Source: Phoronis australis
Taxonomy: Eukaryota > Animalia > Phoronida
Assembly: GCA_002633005.1 (NCBI GenBank)
Contig: NMRA01000667.1
Span: 156,980 to 199,702 of the forward strand
Direction: 5' to 3'
Length of the DNA stretch: 42,723 nucleotides
Below the pieces are notes generated by a model. That model saw only the letters and a program-made list of their open reading frames with translations, was not told where the DNA came from and made no database searches. The translations under genes were made by a program, and so were the position numbers. Position 1 is the stretch's first letter; each line of letters opens with the position of its first letter. Positions 1 to 12,688 of this stretch are shown in pieces.

Positions 1-194
1 GAACGAAAATGGCGCCGTTTCTATTCTCCGTTACAACGATGGCGTTACAACACCACGGCACTAAATATGTAAAAAACTTTGTATAGCGGCGTACAATTCA
101 GTTAATGTTAAGAATATAGCAATGATAATTATAAACTAGAATTTAAACCACATTGTTGTTCAGATTGGTTTGGACCTTGCAATTTCCGCTTTAA

Positions 195-373
195 GGAGGG
201 CGCTAGCGTAGATACTCTTTGTAGTTGATTACTTAATTAACAATTAATAAGTTTCATTTGTCTAATTAGGGGTTATCATATAATAAATTAATTACTGGAT
301 TTGATTGTTCACTCTCCATCTACGCACAATCTCAACACATAGATACCTTTTAAACAAACCCACAGTCAATCTC
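195..373 (+). mobile_element. Terminal fragment of a TTAA-flanked DNA transposon (Kolobok-like), family A
   Basis: TTAA at 191-194 followed by GGAGGGCGCTAGCGTAG...; about 180 bp aligns by eye to the reverse complement of 20884-21060, which also ends at TTAA. Confidence 0.6.
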
Positions 374-687
374 CCACAGAGACCTTTTCACTTGCACCGA
401 AAAGGAATTAAAGTTAGGCTGAAGGGGCAAAAATGCAAAATTGACGGTTTTCAGCCGAAGACGACCACATGCTGGCCAATGTTGAACAAAAGTCAAGTTA
501 TTATTCTGAAAGTAAATTTACTTCAGATTCGCTGAAATCTTGAACGGAGATCAGTCAAGTACGCCTACAATACATACATTTAAAGGAGACTGCAACCGTG
601 TCACGTGACTAGAAACACTGTCCACTGGCAATATGGCGTCAAGTTGTCAGTTGCAGTAGCGCGTGCGCCTGGTCTATAGTATTTTAA

Positions 688-1401
688 AGGAGAATGCCAC
701 CCAAAAACAACCTATTTTGTATCAATTTAAATCGAGTAGTTCTACTCGATAACGGCACGTTCGGTTTGCGTTACCTGACACCTTACGGCAGTCGGAGGTT
801 TTGAAGTTATTCAATGAGGTAATTGGTTTCAAACGCAGTCTGTTCACCAGTTCACAACACGGGTTAGTGGTGTCAGCTTATAGCTTGAATTCGTCGTTTA
901 ACACCAATAAATCATCAAACTTCGACTGTAAAACCCTTAAAAATACACCGAGTTCTTATAAAAACGTGTTGTTTTACTTTGCTGTTACGGATTTACTGGT
1001 ATTTGGACACACCCCGTAGCCTACAAAGTTCGACAGGCCTATTTACCAAGGGTAATGTCGTAGCAGGAGTTGGGGGTTTGTTTCGAGATAAATTCGAAGT
1101 ATGCTTCCGTGAAATACATACAGGAGAACCTAGATCTGTATTGTTTATACTTGTGATTTTTTGAGTTCTAAACACACAAAACGCTTGTTATCCCGGCCAG
1201 TGGCTCGGAACCCGATCAGATCGGTCGCGGCCAGACTGACTCGTTATCCCGGCCAGTGGCTCAGAACCCGATAAGGCCCGTCGCGGCCGCCGGGACTGGC
1301 ACGGACATAAACCAGCTACAGTTGGAAACTAAACCTCCAGTCACGAAAAGACTACAATAGTGAGCCAAAGAAATAATGTGCACGTAATTATTTATGTGAA
1401 T
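688..1401 (+). mobile_element. Terminal ~700 bp of a Kolobok-like DNA transposon, family B
   Basis: TTAA(684-687)-AGGAGAATGCCACCC terminus; contains a ~55-bp internal tandem duplication (GTTATCCCGGCCAGTGGCTC..., about 1187-1290); inverted copy at 12985-13341 plus 14455-14796. Confidence 0.75.
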
Positions 1402-1855
1402 TAGCCACGAAACTGAAAATCTACTTAGTTGTCGGGGGCTGCGAAGCTGGGTTCCCCTTCCACAGACCGTCAGGGCAAAGGTTGTACAGTAACAATGATT
1501 TGAATAATGTATTTGTATTTCTAAATAAAGATTCCCCTAACATGTGAACTTTTGTCGATAATACCATATTTAAAGAGGCGCAACATAAAAAATTGTTTTT
1601 GCACCGTTCGTGGCTTTGTAGAGCAGAGGTCACAGGGTCGGCAAAATGACGCAATGTCCACGAATTCTACACGCTTTTCGGGAAACACAATAGGGTTCCG
1701 CGAACTTTAATCGTCTTCATATATTCTGAAAGTTTGCTGTTGGTCCAGGGTTTATTTTTCATATTTTTTTCAGTTTTCGTGGAAACTACAAGACGAAACA
1801 TTCAAGCAAGCATCGATCACAGAATCTTGTAAAATCAATAGTGGCTTTCCATATT

Positions 1856-2432
1856 GGCGCTCTCTAGAATAATGAAGGAACGAAAGTGACTTTCGATTGA
1901 TCGTGAATCAGATTTAGTGGACATAAATTCAACTATTACACAGTGGTTCATCAATAAATTCCATTGTCAGTCCTTCCCATTGTTTGGCAAGTTTAAGTTC
2001 ATTAATTTATTTTAGCTTTTTGACACCGGCTGGGATCGAAATTCTCCCACTTTATCAGGCACAGCCATCGTCCTGGCTTTGTCGCGGATGTGTCTTCGCA
2101 GTATATATATATTTTGTGTACAACGAGCTGAAAACTAAGTCTGAGGCAAGTGTTTCCACCACACAGCCGCGAAACGGAAGGGACNGGCGCTCTCTAGAAT
2201 AATGAAGGAACGAAAGTGACTTTCGATTGATCGTGAATCAGATTTAGTGGACATAAATTCAATTATTACACAGTGGTTCATCAATAAATTCCACTGTCAG
2301 TCCTTCCCATTGTTTGGCAAGTTTAAGTTCATTAATTTATTTTAGCTTTTTGACACCGGCTGGGATCGAAATTCTCCCACTTTATCAGGCACAGCCATCG
2401 TCCTGGCTTTGTCGCGGATGTGTCTTCGCAGT
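1856..2432. repeat. Near-identical duplication across a 1-N gap (1856-2102 vs 2186-2432; 2109-2184 vs about 3039-3114); likely haplotype/assembly duplication
   Basis: The N is at 2185 and the two copies differ at only a few positions. The duplicated ORFs MASLSSLIYF... in the track reflect this. Confidence 0.85.
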
Positions 2433-3045
2433 GGGAAACGTATGGAACACGATGTCCTTGTTCACCCATGATATTTCAAAAGGTTTGCCCTTGTGCATAA
2501 GGTATTAATGCATCGCATCGCAGAGCAGTGGAATTTTGCCGGCATTATAATGGCAAGGAAGGTTTAAAACGCGTTTTACAAGTAGGTTGAAACTTCCTGC
2601 ATGGGTAGGTTGAAACCTCCTGCATGGGATGTGCAGGTGGCGCTGAACACTTGTCCACCAAAGACCTGATTACTCTCTGGCGGGTGAGTGAATTTCAATG
2701 TGGCGTGGCTATTTCGAAAATCAGCTATGAGCAGTACGCCGCACTGACTGAAAGCGTAGAGGCAAGTAAGGAGGTGCAAAACTTATGACATAGTGGACAT
2801 GATGAAATCTCTATCAAGTCACTGTGTCTTCCACGGTTCAGAAGTGAGTGCTTTTTTCGCAAATGCTTATGAACAAAACCTCTAATGGCCCTGATACTTT
2901 CACGAAACGATAATCAGCGTCTCTGGTTAAATGTACAAAGAATGAAGATTTATAGTTAAGTGCCGTAATTTTTTCAACGCCATCGGATTGCCATAACTTC
3001 CAGAATCACCAATAAAATTAAATATCAGCTAGCTGGAAATATTTT

Positions 3046-4040
3046 GTGTACAACGAGCTGAAAACTAAGTCTGAGGCAAGTGTTTCCACCACACAGCCGC
3101 GAAACGGAAGGGACCCCAGGTTAACATTACGTTTTGTGCCGGGGATATCAAATCGGATCAAATCTCACATGAGAGGCCACAATATCTCTGTTTCATTTAG
3201 ACCAATGAACACAATACGGAGTCCGTTAATGAATGTAAAGGATAAGACCGCTAAAGAAAAAAATTCCAATGTTGTGTATGGCATTTTATGCTCGGATCCA
3301 GGTTATGAGGAAACATATATTGGTGAAACCAACGAGGTCCTGAAAAGTCGGGTCAGCCAACATCGGAGACCCAGTTACGAAGGCTCGGCGGTGTTCACTC
3401 ACATGACTGGTACGGAACATTCTTTCTCCAAGGAGGATGTCACAATTCTAAATAGGAAAGGAAATGGCTCAGACGAGGGGTTAAGAGGGAAATATATGAA
3501 CGCGTGGAAAATCCAAGTATACAAAGCGGTCTTAGGGCCCTCAATCCTTCTATTTTGGGGCCTCATACCAGTCGGCTCCATTCTTCTCTGAAAAATCATG
3601 CAAAATTCCCTTCATGATGTCCAAAATTTCCCCTCAAGTGATAAAAAATTGCTCTGGAGGTTCAAATCACTTGTTATTCACACAGGCGATGATTTGAACC
3701 AGCACGAAACGTTAGTTTTGGCTACTTGAGGCAGAGCTTGACGTGAAGACTATCGAAAGGGGTGGCGGTGCTATCGATGCTGACCGGGGGTAGAATTTTC
3801 CCCTCGCCCAAACTTCTCCTCTCAGAAAGTACAGGCACCTTTCCCCTCAGGTGAACGAAAGCCCTTGATTTCTGTTATCAGGAACACGGGATAGCGCGCT
3901 CAAGAGTATCCTGTGCAGACTATGCTGTCGCTCACTAGAAGAGTCACATGACACGTCACATGACACCTCAGTGGCCTGCCGAAGTCTTCAGGATGATGAC
4001 GCAACGCAGCCAACTCAAGTCCAGTGTTTGATTTATTTTT
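3046..4040 (+). mobile_element. 5'-truncated, decayed Penelope-like retroelement (GIY-YIG endonuclease region and 3' end)
   Basis: ORF 3046-3591 reads ...SFRPMNTIRS..NVKDK..KNSNVVYGILCSDPGYEETYIGET..LKSRVSQHRR..SAVFTHM..TEHSF..VTIL. After a frameshift near 3460 it continues WLRRGVKREIYERVENPSI, like the PLE C-terminal consensus. A hammerhead-like 3' end lies at about 3970-4030. Confidence 0.85.
3970..4012 (+). ncRNA. Degenerate hammerhead-ribozyme-like motif at the PLE 3' end
   Basis: CTGCCGA (cf. CTGANGA), A, GTCTTC-AGGAT-GATGAC (stem II), GCAAC (cf. GAAAC), followed by ...AACTCAAGTCCAG. Core positions are mutated. Confidence 0.45.
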
Positions 4041-4350
4041 TCCATATGTGTTTCCACCATTTTAGCCAAGTAATTTTGCATGACGGTCTATCAATATAAG
4101 ACTTTGGCAATTTTTGAGATTTAATCTTGAATATTTATGTCAAATTCAATTTGAACATGTTATTGAAACCGTTGTTTTGGTGTAAATGCACCTTTCTTTT
4201 TAATAAACTTTGGTAAAAAGATCTGGGCTGAGTTGCAAACGTTATCTACTGGATAAGTTTGATTTTTGCATTACGTCAGATGAATTGTTCAACAATAACA
4301 ACGTGGCACCTGATAATGCGACGTCGTTGTTGCTATACTGCGTATATTAA

Positions 4351-4450
4351 AGGCAAAGGCAAACTTTTTCATGTCATTTTTAGCAAAAAATAAGGTTCGT
4401 GGATTATCCCAGAAAGATTTTTCATTTATTTACTGCCTTTCGTAATTTAA
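4351..4450 (+). mobile_element. Solo terminus of Kolobok family C
   Basis: TTAA(4347-4350)-AGGCAAAGGCAAACTTTTTCATGTCATTTTTAGC... is homologous to the TIR of 33156-34845. Confidence 0.8.
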
Positions 4451-4798
4451 CACAGGCGCTCGGATTTCCAGATCACTCATAACCATATATAAGAAACATA
4501 AAGGTTGGACACCTAAACTTTGCCAAGCCGAGGCTCCCAACTTCAACCGTCCCGGCAAAATCCAAATAAAATCTGCGTGCACCTCCTTGCGTCTAATCTT
4601 TACGCTATGCATTAGAAGCGATGTACGTGATCAGGCGCACTTTAGGTTGATGCAATGACGTCAGAGGAAGTAAGACAAATGTACCTTGCAACTAATTGCC
4701 CTGTAAGGTATATTAACCGGTTTTATCTCTTCCTGTATAGGCTTTTGATAGCACATGCGATTTTCGTTCTAGCGCCGTCTTCGTTAAGTCGACTTCCC

Positions 4799-4977
4799 AA
4801 TTGACCTATCACTAGGATTTTGAGTGGCGGATTAACAGACCATTTAGAACGCAGCATTATTGACACACCTTCGTTTCCAAGCCGCCATTTTACCCGACAA
4901 ACAACACGTTACCGGGTAAAACTTATTGTTTGTTTGTTGACATTACGCAAGAGGGCCAAACTTGCGATAGGTCAATT
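4799..4977 (+). mobile_element. ~180-bp MITE (ISL2EU-like)
   Basis: TIRs AATTGACCTATC...GATAGGTCAATT; further copies at 20638-20816 and at the ends of 21450-23504. Confidence 0.8.
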
Positions 4978-7839
4978 GTCTTTGATTCCGTCACGGGCTA
5001 AACCTGAAGGTCAATGGCCAGCACATGTGATCAGTGATCCTAGCCTCTACCAAAAGTAATGGTGAACGGTAGAGCTAAAACCAAAAACCGTGATTTGTCC
5101 TCAATTATCAATCCAAGATTTATTACGATCCGACAGAAGCAACATGAAATGGGCTCATTTGGTAATCATGTGTTAAATCAACAAACGCGATAGCAATACG
5201 CCGAATTCATTTATCAAGCGCAGTGACACAAACACGTAGAATATACATTTCAATTTCTACTGTGTTTGTGTTAACCACGGATCAATTGGTGATTCAAAAG
5301 TTCATCATATACAACAAGGCAAAGATGTTGAATGCAGAGATTCTGATTTGATATAACAACGTTCACCTCGGCTGACCTAAAAATCGAAAAGAAGCGCGAT
5401 GTGTAGTGGCAGTTATAGACGTAGTGGTGTATGTGAAAGTTGTGAAAAATGTCCCAAAAATATCAAATTATGACTCACTGAAGAGATTAAAATGATGGAA
5501 ATGGATGGATGATAACGTAAATAAGCTATAAACCCGCCTTCCTTTACAAAAACAATATTTGATTTAAATCATTTTACAGTTATGAAATTGGTCTCAATTT
5601 GTTTCTTAGTCAAATTGCAAATGCGTTCTAGGCTTAGAAAATCAGACGCTACTGGTTGGCTTGTCACAGCGAGCCATTTTAAGCGCCGGTCCACAAATCA
5701 CTTCTCATTTAGTAAAGCATAAGCTGAGACCGGTAAGTGGTTTTTAGTCAGCAGAGGTCATCTCACCGGTAGGACGCGGGCCATTTCGGTACGTAGCAAG
5801 CGGTGTAGACATTGCCGTTTGCATAAGTATTTGAAAGAAGTCATGAAATCCACGTTTCACTTTTTCTTGTAAAGAGGCGTTTCATCTCATTTCCCAATCG
5901 CCAACATTGAATCCTATCGTTGGGTATACATTCACGCGTCACACTCGCGTCCACCGAGCTAAGAACCTTTCAATCAAAATACCGTTTCTTCTATTTCTTC
6001 GTTTTTACATGTTAAAACAAGACAGATGGTGACTTTAAGCACTTTAAACGCTAAAAATATAATTAAGGAAATTGGATACCGACACCAAACTGCAAGCAAA
6101 ATAAGTGTTTGACGGTCCAGTAGTCACCGCAGACAAATTTTTGACAATGGTAAACGTATTAGCATTGCCCTTCTGGTGCATTTTTTGTGAAGCCTTTTCT
6201 TAAATTACTCAAATCCTTCGTGTGGTAATGAGGTCATGGACATGACCTGTATTTGCATAGAGGTCCTCAGTATTGGGAGTGAGTGCAATGTGCTGCTAAC
6301 TTTTGTGAAAACAGAGATTTGGAAAATTGATAAAAATCCAGGACTATACTTTGCACGTGCCAGTTTACCTTCGCGTGTGGTATGCTTGCTCGATATTGAG
6401 TGTTGTGGTAGCCAAATTTGCCATAGTAACTCCCAACACCATTTCAGTACTGAAGCACTGTCTATGACTGGCCCAGAAATGTGTCCGTCTTTCGGGCCTA
6501 GCCACGTTCCGCAGTTGTGAAAGAACTTTTTAATTCATGTATCGACCGGCTTCAGATTAGTACCCATGTCATCCTTAATCGTATGATGGTCTGATGATTG
6601 ATAGCAGACGAAATGTGGTCAAGCTTCTGAATATACATATATTGAAGAGCTATCGCAGGCAAATTTCCGCATGATGAGGAATTGCTGTACATCAGAAGTC
6701 TGCTCAATTGAGTGCGCTCCCGCTTTCAGTGATAGAGAGAGCGCCCGCCTAAAGTGAGAGCTCCCTATTTATCGCGGCATGCTCTAGCTTCAATTCCAAA
6801 ATGGGGTCTACGAAAGCAATTGTCAACGCATTTTCACTGGGGACAAATTTGCTCAACTTTTCAATATGATCTGACGAAAGATCTAAAAGTCTGTGAAATT
6901 AAACCACACGTGTGACCGTTTTGGAGGTGACAGAAACTAGAAAGGTACCGGCCTATAATCAACACAAAGCAAGCAAACGTCATTTAATTAATTAGCTAAG
7001 TTATTTATTTACCTATTTCCGCACTAAATTTACCACAATTGCCGCCTACAACCTTGTCGTACATATCGTGGTGTACTTCCAACGTGTACCACTAAGAATC
7101 ATGGCCCTTTTTCAAAGTAATCGCCTTTTAAAAAACTCTTCAAGTTATGTAAGACCCTAGAAAAATGTCCGAATATGGCTAACTTCAGAACGTTATGACC
7201 CAAATGATGACAGATCTGTAAAAAGACAAACATGAAAATCTACAAACTTTCTTCTCTCAGAAAATATGCACTTTTACTGACTTAAAATCTATACTTTTTA
7301 AGTATTGTTGGTTAAGTACGTAGACTTGTAAATAATGTCCAACATAACTTTAAGTCACGCCGGACGCCATCTTGGATTTCTAAGCGAACTAGCTGCCGAC
7401 AGTGTTCGCAGACGCCTTCCGTATTGAACAAGCCATCAGATGGCGTTCATTGTGACAAGTCGCTAGATAAAAGACGGGAACAGCAACCTAGCAGTAGAGG
7501 TTTTTGCTGCACATGCCAGGGATTTACATCAAAGAAAATTACTATACTGCCGTCAAGCATATTAGTCATGAAGCCAAAATCTACTACACAAGAGGTTTGT
7601 GCTTCTAAGCGCTCTAAAGACGGTGTAGACGTTTTGTGTCTTGCCTGACAGTGAATACCTGCATACGAGAACTGTGTGAATAGCCAAGTTGTCATAATTG
7701 GCGATTGTCAAGATCTGGTAATCGCAAAAATTTAAAGAAACAAGGATAGTACTGAGTTTTGTGAGCAGGGCCAAATTGGAGAGCCTTTTTCCTTCTCCCA
7801 ACTGTTTGCTTGCAAGAAAACAGTATAAACAATACGGAC

Positions 7840-8949
7840 ATGAATTTTACAGATGTCGATTACAATCTCTCATATCCGTTTGAGCAACAAATGAACTTGA
7901 GTAACAACAGCAATGGCACAGAATCAGATACAGATTCCACAGATATGACTGACCATGCAACAAGTATTGTCCGACTAACTTTACCCGTCTTATTCACAAT
8001 ATCCGTGTTTGGAAACACGTTATCGTTGTGCGTTTTTTGCAAAAAATCCTTCCGTGAGACTTCTTGTGGAATTTATTTGATTAACCTGGCATGCTTCGAC
8101 ATACTAGCCTTGTTCATATACCTATTAGAAGTTTTCGTAGCCGCAGTCCATCCTGAATTCATCAACAATCCCGTTATGTGCGTGTTTTGGCGAATGTGTT
8201 TGCAAAATACTCGTAGGATTTCCAACTGGACTCTAGTTGCTCTCACTACTGATCGTATGCTTGTGGTACTTTTTCCGTTACGCGCCTGTTCCCTGTGTAC
8301 TCCAAAAAGAGCCGTGCGTGTCCTTACTGTAATAGTTGCTGTTTTAACTCTAACAGGAGTGAAGAACATTTGGCTAATTAGTGTTCATAAAGGTGTATGC
8401 GTGGGCTACAATCCTATTTTCATTGAAGTTATGAGCAAGTTTGTTTGGTTCGAAGTCTGCTTAGAATCAATAGTACCTGCAACTCTTATTTTTATATTCA
8501 ACGTCTCCATCGTGGTTGGCCTATGTAAGCAACGAAGTGAGATATCGAGACGCATCGACGAACCCGTGACTCGGGATAACCACCAACGTGACCAACAGAT
8601 TACCCGTATGCTCCTGTTCGTTACATTCTTCTTTCTGACGTCACAAACTCCTCAGATGGTGTTTCGAATACTTAAGTCAATCGGGATTCTTTGTCCAATA
8701 CCCAATACGAGTCACGGGAGAGGGGTATGCCAACTGGCTAAACGCGTGGTTCAGATACTCATGTCATCCAACTACGCTTTCAATTTCGTCCTCTATTGCT
8801 TGACAGGATCCAAGTTCAGAAGTGAACTGTGGCACGTGCTTTGTTTAACACGCACACGAAAAACCAATGGCCGTGAACAACCAACGAGTTCGTCAGCAAA
8901 TGTGGAATGTGTTCCAAGTAATGGAGTTACCATATCGTCAAATTACTGA
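7840..8949 (+). CDS. Intronless class A GPCR, peptide-receptor-like (FMRFamide receptor/GPR139-like expanded family; candidate chemoreceptor)
   Basis: Seven hydrophobic segments; N-terminal N-glycosylation sequons (NFT, NLS, NNS, NGT); TM1 GN, TM2 NLACFD, TM3 SNWTLVALTTDRM, TM5 VP..LIFIFN, TM6 FFLTSQTP, TM7 NYAFNFVLYCLTGSKFR. The first ATG at 7840 aligns with the paralogue starts (MNF/MNS/MNA). Confidence 0.93.
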   Translation: MNFTDVDYNLSYPFEQQMNLSNNSNGTESDTDSTDMTDHATSIVRLTLPVLFTISVFGNTLSLCVFCKKSFRETSCGIYLINLACFDILALFIYLLEVFVAAVHPEFINNPVMCVFWRMCLQNTRRISNWTLVALTTDRMLVVLFPLRACSLCTPKRAVRVLTVIVAVLTLTGVKNIWLISVHKGVCVGYNPIFIEVMSKFVWFEVCLESIVPATLIFIFNVSIVVGLCKQRSEISRRIDEPVTRDNHQRDQQITRMLLFVTFFFLTSQTPQMVFRILKSIGILCPIPNTSHGRGVCQLAKRVVQILMSSNYAFNFVLYCLTGSKFRSELWHVLCLTRTRKTNGREQPTSSSANVECVPSNGVTISSNY

Positions 8950-10709
8950 GAAAAGAATATTGCTTCACACGATTTCAAAAACTGAGTACTCAAAAATTTA
9001 CCCATCACTAACCCTGTTAAATGCTATGAACAGATATTACCTACAACTACCGTATCTGTTAGTATTAAATTTAGGCTCATTCGCGTATATCCGGAATTTT
9101 GCGTTTCTGCAAAAAACTTTTACTCAAGTGTTTCGCATATAGGCGCATACATCTAACTTTCACTTATAGACTAGTTTCATTGAAATTTCTGTAAATTTGC
9201 TCGACAATTTTACTCAAATGCATCACAAAGGAACATACGTCTTACTCCGGATATAGGCGTAGCTTCACACATGGGCGCATATAATATACATCACTAAATC
9301 TTCAAAAATAATTATAATTCTCTGTAACCCTCATCACACCTCAAAAGTTTAAAAACTTCAACCGTAGATTAGCTGTCCCAATTAAAGCGCTACTCGCGTA
9401 TGCCTATTTAGCAAACTTAGAAAACTTAAGAAATCATTTCGAAATCAATTTCCTTTTTTATTTTAGGTTACGTCACCGGCACATTACAGTGTGTACGTGC
9501 GTGCATGCGTGCGTGCGTGTGTGTGTTTGGAAAGTAGGAATGTAAAAATGTGTTCTCATTGTTGTCATCCCGCCCTCTGTCATAAAAATATTTTGATTTC
9601 GACCATTTACGGTTATATTAGTCTCGGACTGTTCCTCAGACAAATTGGAGGGAAAGAACTGGGAGTTAATCAATGCTTGAGACTAGGCTCTACAAGTTGA
9701 CTTGTCATGGCGTCGGTGACATTTCACGTGCGTAGCATGGTCTGGAGGGATATCGAACTGTCTGTTTTTTTAAAAACCAGAAATAACTTCTCATCTGAGT
9801 ACGGAATAACTTGAGACCTATTTTGTACTAGCAGTAAGTGATCTGAATCAAAGTTTCGCTTCTTGGACGGAGTGCTGGTTTAAATAGACGATTTAAGCAA
9901 TGAAAGACGTAAAAACTGAAGTTAATTTGAGGGAAAGTTCTATGGATTGTGGCACATCTGGGAATATTTACATATGCAGTACGTGAAAGATTAAAACAAG
10001 GATGTATTCGGAACGTAAATTCTCAGAAATATATGCAAATTCACACTGCTTTCACATCCGCGTTCTGTAGGTCAGCGCAGCAGGTCTGCTTAGTAAATTA
10101 CATTCATCTGATCATGTTTAAAAATACATCATTTACCAGAAATCATCAGCCAGAAAGAGAAATTTTAAGAGAAATAAAACTATTTTAAAACCGTATCCCT
10201 AATTCCTAATTTTGTCACAGATTCCGTTTCTAGCGAAAAGCATCCTGTATACATTGCCCTTCCGTGAATCCTATTTTCGACACAATTGGTTCGAATTAGG
10301 TTATATTTTGTTCTTAAAATTTTTCAAATATCTTTAAAACATTTCAGTCAGTAAAAATGTTTTACGTGTTCCTACTACTGGATGTAACCAGACTGTCGTT
10401 GTCTTGCAACTTCTTTTCAGCAGTTTAGCTCATTGTTGTGTATATATAATAGACTGAAATCTAACACATTTTAATATAAAGAACATGAAAAACAAAAAAC
10501 ATTTTCTATCCTTGTTTTATTTGTGGTCATCCACCAGAGGTCATAATAGTGTGTTGTAGCGTCACACCGACGTAGTACGGTATTTTGATAGTTTGCAACT
10601 TGTTGCTTTATTGTAATTATTGGCTAGTGTATTGCATCATGTATCCATTGTCAACGTTGTAAGAATGATGTGTAATGTTTCTATTAAAACCGCAATGTTT
10701 AACTACGTG

Positions 10710-10833
10710 CATCGGGATTTTCTACAGATCAGCCCGTGGACGTGTATTCGGAAAATGAACATTTTCAGGCGTTTTCGTAACACCAAATGAACGCCCGGAC
10801 GTTTATTCGGAAAAGGGGGCGTGTAAACGGAAA
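10710..10833 (+). repeat. Left-end fragment of the TA-flanked MITE family seen at 15340
   Basis: Shares GGCGTTTATTCGGAAA.GGGGGCG.GTAAAC motifs and the terminus with 15340-15460. Confidence 0.6.
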
Positions 10834-12444
10834 GTGATAGCAAGTTCACTCCGCCATCTTGCCATTCGCCGCAATGATTATCGGTAAAAAAAAACTAGCG
10901 CGCAAAGCGGCGAATAAGCAACACTAATTTAGCGGTGCAGTCCGAACCATGTAAACACTGATAAATTCATACTTTAATGACGTTCGACGTGCAATAAAAT
11001 TACTATGTGGTTGAAAATGGTTAAAATACGTAAACTAACATCCACTTATAATCGAACGAGAATGAAAATGTGCGTCTTAATTCATATTAAAGTGTATTTG
11101 GTTTCATTCTCTTGCAGCTCCCTTCAAAAGTCGTCATGGTTTTGCTTCATGTTTGAGTTCTTAATAAGGCAAATTATCGTTCCTTACCTCAATATACTAC
11201 ATAATTTGAATGATTGCTCCTGGGGGCTCAGAAGGAAATTGCCTCCAGGTGCCAGCAAAGTGGGTACCAGGTGGGCGCCAAATGGGTGTTGACCCCTACC
11301 AGGGGGTTACATGGGAGGAGTGATAAACAGGTAAAAACCAATGGCGTATTACACATGAGTGTTGAGCCCCTCCCATTGTCACACATTTTTATTGCTCCCA
11401 TTGCTCCCAGCTCACTGCTGGTTTTATCTCCACCTAACAATTTCGCATGTGTTCTCTATCCAATGCAGACAATTTTTTTTGTGCAGTGAGTGTTACACAA
11501 GTACGAAGAAGAAAGCAAGGCAATTCATCACTACCACAAAATTGTAATCCATTCTGATGCACCCTCACATATAATTTCAGAACATTACATTGTTTCTTAG
11601 ATACGCCAGTACAGGGTAAACTCCCCACTCTCCCACTATAATCACCGATAGTTACAAGTCAGTTGCTAATCTGCAGAAAAGCGCACAACGTACAAAACGT
11701 AGTAACATTGAGTATATCATCACTCATAACTAGTCAAAGTTCAAAATGTTATGACAAAAAAATTTAAGAGGTACTAAACAGCAATCAAAATATCCATTAC
11801 CCACACAACTTCATATAAAACTAAACTAAAAAGACTTGGATGATAAGACCAAAAGTTAATTTTATATACCTACTGTTCCAATTATCACTAACAGTAAATA
11901 TTTCAGGTAAGTTAAAGCCAGACAACAAGATCATGTCTGATACCTAGCCACAACTGGGGCTTAAATTAATCACAATCTCCAAAAACGTACAAACTAGGCA
12001 ACACATACACCAATACAACAAAAAAATCTGACCAACCCTCTCACTCTCTATTGATTCAATAATAAACAACAGCTCTTTTCGCCAAAGAAATGCGTTATAA
12101 ATAAATCTGAAAACTAATTTACTCACAGAGGTGTTTCTCTACCATCGAGAAGCAAAAAATTAATGATTCTGGTAGCTTGGTTTGATCAAAATTTCAGCCC
12201 TCCAATCAGACTCTGAAAGATCCATCAGTTTCACTATAGCTCTCTCCAAATCACAGGCTAACCATTCATAAAATGTTTCAATCTGATCAACCTTAGTAAA
12301 ATGTGAAAAACAGGTTTTGACTAATAATTGTCCTTTCTACGCGTGATGTCTCAGTACTCGCTTTGTGGGACGATAATGACATGCAAAAAATCTATTCCAG
12401 AGCCGTAATATATGTATAGATAATTTCCGGAGAACTTTTGACAT

Positions 12445-12620
12445 CTTCATTTTGGTGGATTGGGACATCAAATGATGTTGGCACTGCATTCCGTACCAGC
12501 TTGTTCGTCATACGAGCATTCATGAGCATGGAATCCTCGGAGTTACGACAGCATAACTTGTAGATCTTGGACAAGTAGGCTGCATCTCCATTCGTAAGGT
12601 CGGCTCCCTGCGCTTACACC
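12445..12620 (-). pseudogene. THAP zinc-finger exon relic (transposase-derived)
   Basis: After a TTCAG acceptor the minus strand reads ..ADLTNGDAAYLSKIYKLCCRNSEDSMLMNARMTNKLVRNAVPTSFDVP. This has the AVPT box, but the C..HF motif is degenerate. Confidence 0.65.
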
Positions 12621-12688
12621 TGAACAGAAATCAATGAGAGACCCAGGAACAAACCTTATACTCACCAGGTTCATAGAAGACTGGTAGC

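Noticed and set aside
2015-2075. tRNA-derived SINE head on the minus strand (TTCGATCCCAGCCGG)
   Set aside because: Only a partial B-box; no A-box or cloverleaf and no independent second copy.
1984-2508. Duplicated small ORFs MASLSSLIYF
   Set aside because: Product of the gap-flanking duplication; non-ATG starts.
7810-7839. TTG start given in the ORF track
   Set aside because: In a eukaryotic gene ATG 7840 is the better start and it aligns with the paralogue starts.
7860-8369. Antisense ORFs over the GPCR (also 31439-32134)
   Set aside because: Shadow frames of the GPCR coding sequence.
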